From Blastocladiella emersonii ATCC 22665 (Eukaryota; Fungi; Blastocladiomycota): 64,000 bases of DNA. Where the stretch lies: NCBI GenBank assembly GCA_025594325.1, contig JANHCV010000013.1, forward strand, positions 806,001 through 870,000. Reading direction: 5' to 3'. The notes under the pieces are model-generated. The model was not told the origin of the DNA. It did no database searches and worked only from the letters and a program-made list of their open reading frames with translations. Below are positions 58,276 to 64,000 of the stretch, piece by piece. The position numbers and the translations under genes were made by a program. Positions within the stretch are counted from its first letter, which is position 1. Each line of letters begins with the position of its first letter.

Positions 58276-61200
58276 ATGGCTGGGGCACGGTTTGGTGATG
58301 GAGATCAGCTGAGCGCGTTGCGCCACCCTTCTGAACACCGCGGCGTTTTCGGCTCGTTTAGAACGCAACGCGTGTTTGTTTGAGTGGGAACGACTCACCG
58401 TCATACATGTCCCCGCTGGTGTAGCCTAACTCCGTCGCGTTCCGCTCTCTGATTGCGGGAGGGTGGGCGGGTCTACGCGAGGGAACTCGCCGTGCGAGGG
58501 CCTCGGTATGGTTGGAAGGGCTCTGGGCAAGCGAATGTCTCTCGGAGACGATCGCAAGGGCGAAAAAAAAACTGCTGGCTCGCAATCTGCGGCCAGCCCA
58601 GCGATGGCGCATTGGCATCGGTGAAGACACGGTGGGCCTTCCCGCGGACAGATGGTCGCAGATCGGGTGTAGAGTTTCATGTTGGTGATGCGACACGGTG
58701 GAGCTCGTGACCGCAGTTGCGCGAAGTCACTGGCGAAGCCCATGGCCGCGGGACCATGGCCGCGGTCTGTGCCATGGTCGCCGACCCTGCGGTATTCCGT
58801 TCGACGATGGTCGCTCGCCTGACGAGGGAGGTGCAAGGAAGTAAGCAAAAGATGTATCGAGCCCCCCGCACGGCGGGAGGCCAACCCACTCGATCCAAGT
58901 GCAGCGGCGTCCGTGAGTGGAGACAAAGAATCAGAGCGGTCCGCGACCTCGCGCACGCGCCCATGTTGGGCGGAACTGAGCCTCGCAGGTGCGGCGCGCG
59001 TCGTGCGCCAGTCAAGCCCGCGTTATCAGAGAACCGCCGGAGCAGAAGGTGCGCAAACGGGCTCATGTGGGGCAACGAGCGCGCGCGACAGGAAGCGAGA
59101 GCAGGTCGACCAACGACGCGTGCGTGAGCTCGCGGATCGTTTCGGATTCTGGTCCTGACGACGGCTACGTACAGCGAGTGACATGGTCAGCCAAAGCTTG
59201 GGCGAGTGACGCAGAGGGGGGCGGCGTCAGGCGTACTCAACATGTCAGCGAGCTCGGGAGATAAGGTGTGGCCTCGCTGGAACCTCAGTGCAAAAGGTAG
59301 TGTGGGCTGGGATAGCCTGGAACCAAGCGAAGCGGAATTGTGGCGTAAGGTTGCGGTAAAGACTTGAGCTGCCATTCACGTCAGGCCCGACTGTGTGTAT
59401 CTGCATGAGCGTGTAGTGTTTCCACGCGGGGCCCAAGAGAGCACACAACAGCGCGTGTAACGGCATCAAGGCATCACTGCACTAGTCGACGCGAAAGTGA
59501 GCCGAGTCCTACGTTGACGGGCAAGCGCGAGCGCGGTCTGTCACATTGTTCCATCTGGCCATCGGAGTCGTGTCCGTCTACACGCTGCTCGCGAGATTAA
59601 GCAACTTTTTCGGAGCGTGATGTATGTTCTGCCGCACGCACGTCGAGAGCAACCTTCGCAACACCTTTCCGCACGCAGCGGTCCGATTGTCGCGCTGTAA
59701 ACAGACCCGACCGCCCAACTCCACGGCAACGCAACGGGATCGAGTCGCAGGCGGACCAAAGAGCGATTGACTTTGCGGCTCGTGAAGTAGAATTGGTGCG
59801 ACTTCAAACTTGACTCGCGGCGGGCCGAAAAGCGCATCCATGGGCGCGGCGCGCCACGCATGGCCCGGGCTGGGTGTGCAAAGCGCTGGGACAGAAGCAA
59901 GAGGGTCTAGATAACGCGATGCATGGACTTATATGTGTTCTTGATGCAGAGCGATCAAGGGAGAGCGAGGGGAAGTCGATGCTTGGCGCGGACCCGCAGC
60001 GCAGCGACCGAACGCAGTCCAGAACGCCACGAGCAGACATCAGCTGAGCGCGTAGCGCCACTCATTGATCGGAGCGGGCGTGAGCGCGCTTTCGACCACA
60101 GTGATGATCACGACGTGCAATATTTGCGTCTGCGTGCGTTGGCCAGTCGTGCAGCGTGGTCGCAGCGGCGCGAAAGAGACTCTGCCCGCGCGTCGGCGAC
60201 TCTGCCAAGAAGAGCGATTAAAAGCAACGAGAGATTGTATCACGCTAATCGCACGCCATGAGCTCGCACGATGGGAACCCTTACGACAGCTCCTCGCGTG
60301 ACGACCAACGCGTAGCGACCTTCGAGTTCAGTACCGAAAAGCAGATGCGGTCCGCGACCTCGTGCACGCGCTCGCGATGATGGAACCGAGCCTCGCAGGC
60401 GAAGACCGCGGCGCACGTGCTATTCTCGCTGCGTCTCGAGCCCGTGTTATCAGGGGACCGCTGGAACGGTGCGCAAACAGACAGGAGGCGAGAGAAGAAC
60501 GCGCGCGCGGAAGAGGCCGTACGATACACGACAATCAACAGCGCGTGCGCGAGGTCCCGGATCGGGTTTGGATTTGGCGTCCACGGTGGCTAACGAAGGA
60601 GCGGGGGTCAGCCGAGGATGGAGTTGGTGAGGTGAGGAGAGAACTGGGCGTACTCGATGCAGTGGTCGGTGGACGAGCAGGCGTAGCGTCACATTGGCGA
60701 ACTCGCCGAGTAAATAGCGCGCTGGAGACGGCGCAAAATCAAGTGCAAGCGATTCGAGGCGTTGAATGCGGGTCGCGTCGTGCGAGAACTGGCCGATCCT
60801 GCCGTATTCGTTTGCCCCTCGAAATACATTCTGTTTCCCGCTACATGTCGTGCACCGGAATCAGAACTACGGTAAGTTCGGCGCGAAAATTGACCGGGTT
60901 CTACGCGCGGCAACATGGACTTTTGCCAGCACGCGAATAAATTCAGTCAACCGGATAAGGAGTTGTCATGCGACATGACAACAGAACCGGGCTAGGCGTT
61001 GTCGAACAGGCCACGACAGGATAAAAGGCGCAAATGGCCGAATACTCGGATCTGAGTGGTTCAGTCCACTGGCCAACCTTGCGCGCGACAGCGAACTCGC
61101 ACGTCCGTGGGTTTGGCGCGCGACGAGTAGCATGGATAACGCCGGAAAAACGCCTTGGCAAGAGCAAGAAGGTCTAAATAACGCAATGCATGGAGTCTTT

Positions 61201-61500
61201 CGCGGTTTTGGTGCGGAGAAAACATGGGTAAGCGAGCGGAAGTCGAAGACCGCGCCCAGCACGCAGCACAGCGCCTGCAGGCCGCCACAGGCCGGAACAT
61301 CACATGGGCTGAGATCAGCTGAGCGCGTTGCGCCACTCGCCGTCCCTTTGCGCGTGATCCACGGCCGTGATCATTCATCCTCTGCAAGGGACACTTGACG
61401 CAACGGTGTATTTGATTATACTTGAGGCACATCGACGCTTCGCGTCTGGTTTTCAATCGAGGGCTAAAGCCCGCACCACGTTGGGCGCTTGCGCCGTTTC

Positions 61501-61575
61501 GCGCGTGGCAGTACAGCGCGTCGCAGTTTTGCGCGTCGCAGCTTTGCGCGTCGCAGCTTTGCACGTCACAGCACA
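61501..61575. repeat. 15-bp minisatellite, 5 units (GCGCGTCGCAGCTTT consensus)
   Basis: Units start at 61501, 61516, 61531, 61546 and 61561. Confidence 0.9.
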
Positions 61576-61959
61576 GCGCGTTCCCCTGCTGCGCGATGCG
61601 CGCGCTTCAACAAAGGATGGTGCGGTTGGTCGCTCGCGTTGAGTGGCGGCAGGGCTCCGTCATGTGTCACCGGCGCGGCATCAGCAATCGCGCTGCAGCG
61701 AGGGCGCCAAGCAAGCTCCTGCACGGCGCTCGAGGCGATGGCCGTCGCGGCAGGAGCGCGAGGCGTGGATCGATGAGTTCGTCTCAGTAAAGCTGTTTGA
61801 ACCACGCGACGAGTGGTGCGTCCACGATGGCGGCCACGGTGCTTCATGTGTTTTGGGTTGAGAAGGCGCTCGGCGAGCGATCCGGTGACGCTGGTGCGGA
61901 GCCCGCCCCCGATCTAGCCCTTGTCGACCGCCGCGAGGGCGTTTACGATGCGGACGTCG

Positions 61960-62570
61960 TCCAGTGCCGCGGAGACGATTGCGCGCGAAGAGTGTGCACT
62001 CAAACGCGTACGCTTGAGTGTCGGCGACCTTGCCGCCAGCTTTTGGGCATTCGGCGCAGTTTGGGGGACTCGTAGCGGTGCGGCCAGAGCTGGTGCAAAC
62101 AGCCGCGGGTCGGCAGCTGGCCTGCGAGCGCGCGGAGCTGGAAGCACGGGAGCGAGTTCGCGGTGAGGGACTCGCTCGGGTGGATGCGGCGCGTGCTGCC
62201 CCGAAGCGCAGTGACAAGGGCTGGGACATCGATGGGGGAGGACGTGATGCCAGCGGACGCGGTCAGAGCGAGCAGCGGGTCGTGTCGCGCGTCGTGCAGG
62301 CGGCGGAGAGAGCGTCGCGGGACTGAGTTGAAGTCGCAGCCGCGCCTGCGCGCCGTGAAGGGCGCATCGAGGTCCGCGCGGACGGCGGCGGCGATTCACA
62401 GCGGGAGATGCGCGGCAGCCCTTGTTGGCGAGCGCGTCGGCCTCCTCATTCTCCAAGTTCACGGCGTGGCCACGGACCCACTCGACCTGGAGCTCGCGGG
62501 CCGCGATGATCCAGCGGAGCACGGCCCACTCGAGCGAGCACGTTGCGCGGACCCGCACCCACGCGAACAG
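61960..62570 (-). mobile_element. Degenerate non-LTR retrotransposon ORF2 3' remnant (RNase H C-terminus plus C-terminal zinc finger)
   Basis: LQVEWVRGHAVNLENEEADALANKG, then across frameshifts LAGQLPTRGCLHQLWPHRYESP / NCAEC..DTQAYAFEC. Confidence 0.75.
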
Positions 62571-63059
62571 CGAGTTCCAGCGATCCGCTCATGAAGACGT
62601 CTGCGCCCGCTGCAAAGTCCGGCAAACCCAAGCCACGGAGCGACCCGTCCGTGCAACGGACCGCAACTCAAAGAGCGGATCTCTCGACCTCGCAGTCCTC
62701 ACTCGAACTCAAGTCCATGGGACCTCGCAAGTCGTTCTCGGTGCAACCGTTGAACTCGCGCCCACGTCAACGAGCCTGCGCTAGCGGCTCCCAGGTGAAC
62801 CGCGTCGTTTAAGGATGTGCACTGAACACGGGCTCCGTTTTCCAACACGCACTCCAAGCACGGGCTCCGCTAGCGGCTTACCGCGCTTCTGCATCTCTCA
62901 CGCTTTCATGTGCTCGGAGTCTCGCGGGCCTGGTCGAGGGTCGGTGCAAAGCGTTAAACGTTCCGCGATGGCCGAGCGGAACAGCGTCAAGCGACGCGCT
63001 TCCGGGGGTTGGGCCGAGGCCGATCACGTGCACGGCCAGGACGCGTTGCGCCACAGCGA

Positions 63060-63081
63060 TCACATGAGAAACGACGCGTCT
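63060..63081 (-). promoter_or_regulatory. Composite motif variant with 4-nt spacer (AGACGCGTCG-TTTC-TCATGTGA), next to CGCGTTGCGCCAC and two TCACGTGA E-boxes
   Basis: Direct sequence. Confidence 0.5.
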
Positions 63082-63559
63082 GTCACGCGTTTTCGGCGCT
63101 CACGTGAATCGCGCTCACGTGAGCGTCGGCACCCTATCCGGCCGCGACGCGGTCTAAAAAGAGGGCTTTAGCCCTCGATGTCAGAATCGGCCGTGTCAGA
63201 GTGCGCCGCGACACGCATCGTGTTCCGGACGGTGATCACAGACGAGATATGTATAAACGAATCACGTGCGGATGAGCGACACGAGGAAACCCTCCACGAG
63301 TCTCAAAAAAGCACAAGATGCCTGTTGCGGAACCCAAATCGAGGCACCGCTCATTCGGAGCAAGTTGTGGCAGTGCACTCACTTGATGAAAACGAAGGTG
63401 TGCCACTACACGATCAGATCGAGCCGTAATTTTAAGGTGAACCGCGCGACTCGCTTAACGCGGACCCGTATGAAAGAGAGCCATCCACGCGCCCTCTCGC
63501 TCCACCCGAAAACACTTGACAACCAACGTAATCAACAGCAGTATCCAAAGAAAAATGCC

Positions 63560-63955
63560 TCGGCAACGGTTTGTGTCGGGATGAGCAACGGCGGCGACTA
63601 AGCGGCCTGCGTCGCGGACCCGAACAACTTGGCCACGCTCGCGGCCAATGGCGGCGCCGACTCGATTGCCACATTCACCAATGCCGACGGCGGCATCGTG
63701 ACAAAGGATTCCGTGCTCGGCGCGCTCCGCGAAATGATCGAGTCCGCGCAGCCCGGCGACCAGCTACTTTTTTCGTTCTCGGGCCAGGCCGGTGAGCAGA
63801 CCAGTGGCGACGGCAACATGATCCAGCTCGGCGACGGCCAGACCATCACCACCGACCAGATCCAGGGGATTGTTGGCTCGCTTCCCGTCGACTGTGGAAC
63901 GTCTCGTTCTTCGCAACGTTTGCAACGAGCTTGCTGCTCTCATCCGACTTGCTAG
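63560..63955 (+). pseudogene. Metacaspase-like sequence with an in-frame TAA (63599-63601) and Gln in place of the catalytic His; probably continues past the window
   Basis: VCVGMS..*AACVAD resembles LIGIN..LRGCIND; TKDSVLGALREMIESAQPGDQLLFSFSGQAG resembles T..NI..A..WLV..AQPGD.LFFHYSGHG. Confidence 0.7.
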
Positions 63956-64000
63956 CCGTGAGCGCTCTTCACTGAAGTATTTTGAATTCTCCCGAACAAA

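Larger units (their letters stand above)
51585..61340. repeat. Block of four degenerate ~1.3-2.6 kb units (approx. 51585-54140, 54141-56075, 58300-60065, 60070-61340)
   Basis: Recurring blocks AGCGGTCCGCGACCTCGCGCACGC, AGCCCGCGTTATCAG, GCAAGAAGGTCTA..AACGC(A/G)ATGCATGGA and GATCAGCTGAGCGCGTTGCGCCAC, in the same order in each unit. Confidence 0.8.

Noticed and set aside
56065-58300. 8-bp TGGTGATG flanking repeat as proof of a hAT insertion
   Set aside because: No TIRs inside the repeats, and excision would not restore the ~100-nt spacing of unit 1; kept only as weak supporting detail.
24878-63601. Stop-codon reassignment or readthrough suggested by single in-frame stops (24878 TAG, 30686 TAG, 63599 TAA)
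   Set aside because: Conserved genes terminate normally with TAA (TOR, eIF3b), TAG (CatSper2, IPI3) and TGA (PP2C), and at least the 24878 and 30686 loci carry other lesions too.
1-64000. tRNA, rRNA or snRNA genes
   Set aside because: No T-loop/D-loop consensus or rRNA-like segments recognised by eye; a tRNAscan-SE/Infernal run would be needed to exclude them.

Overview
GC-rich eukaryotic genomic DNA, most likely from a zoosporic fungus of the Blastocladiomycota (Allomyces/Blastocladiella-like). This is inferred from a CatSper2 orthologue, short 52-88 nt GT-AG introns with CTAAC/CTGAC branch sites, strong GC3 bias and expanded F-box/ankyrin/LRR genes. Conserved genes: TOR (3' part), CatSper2, a double-AAA ATPase, a BORCS5-like gene, an NPC2/ML lipid-transfer gene, IPI3/WDR18, eIF3b/PRT1 and a PTC2/3-type PP2C. 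Between them lie dynamic accessory blocks. (i) Five copies of a DUF4470 (methyltransferase-fold-like) gene: two intact (~1070 aa), three damaged. The four copies reaching the junction appear in the ORF track as separate ORFs but are joined by one conserved phase-1 intron. (ii) An intact five-intron Mutator-transposase-derived gene with no evident TIRs. (iii) Decaying F-box/ankyrin/LRR genes. (iv) Duplicated 3' gene fragments. (v) A ~190-nt tandem array. (vi) A ~10-kb block of four degenerate repeat units, interrupted by a spliced unknown gene and a GATCC-rich palindrome. (vii) A non-LTR retrotransposon remnant and a dead metacaspase-like sequence. The strongest unexplained signal is a fixed-spacing composite element, GACGCGTCG-N5-TCATGTGA. 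It occurs 6 times plus one shorter-spaced copy, lies 100-130 nt upstream of three DUF4470 genes and the unrelated MULE gene, and twice faces the 3' ends of convergent genes. All exon structures were reconstructed by eye; no database searches were run.
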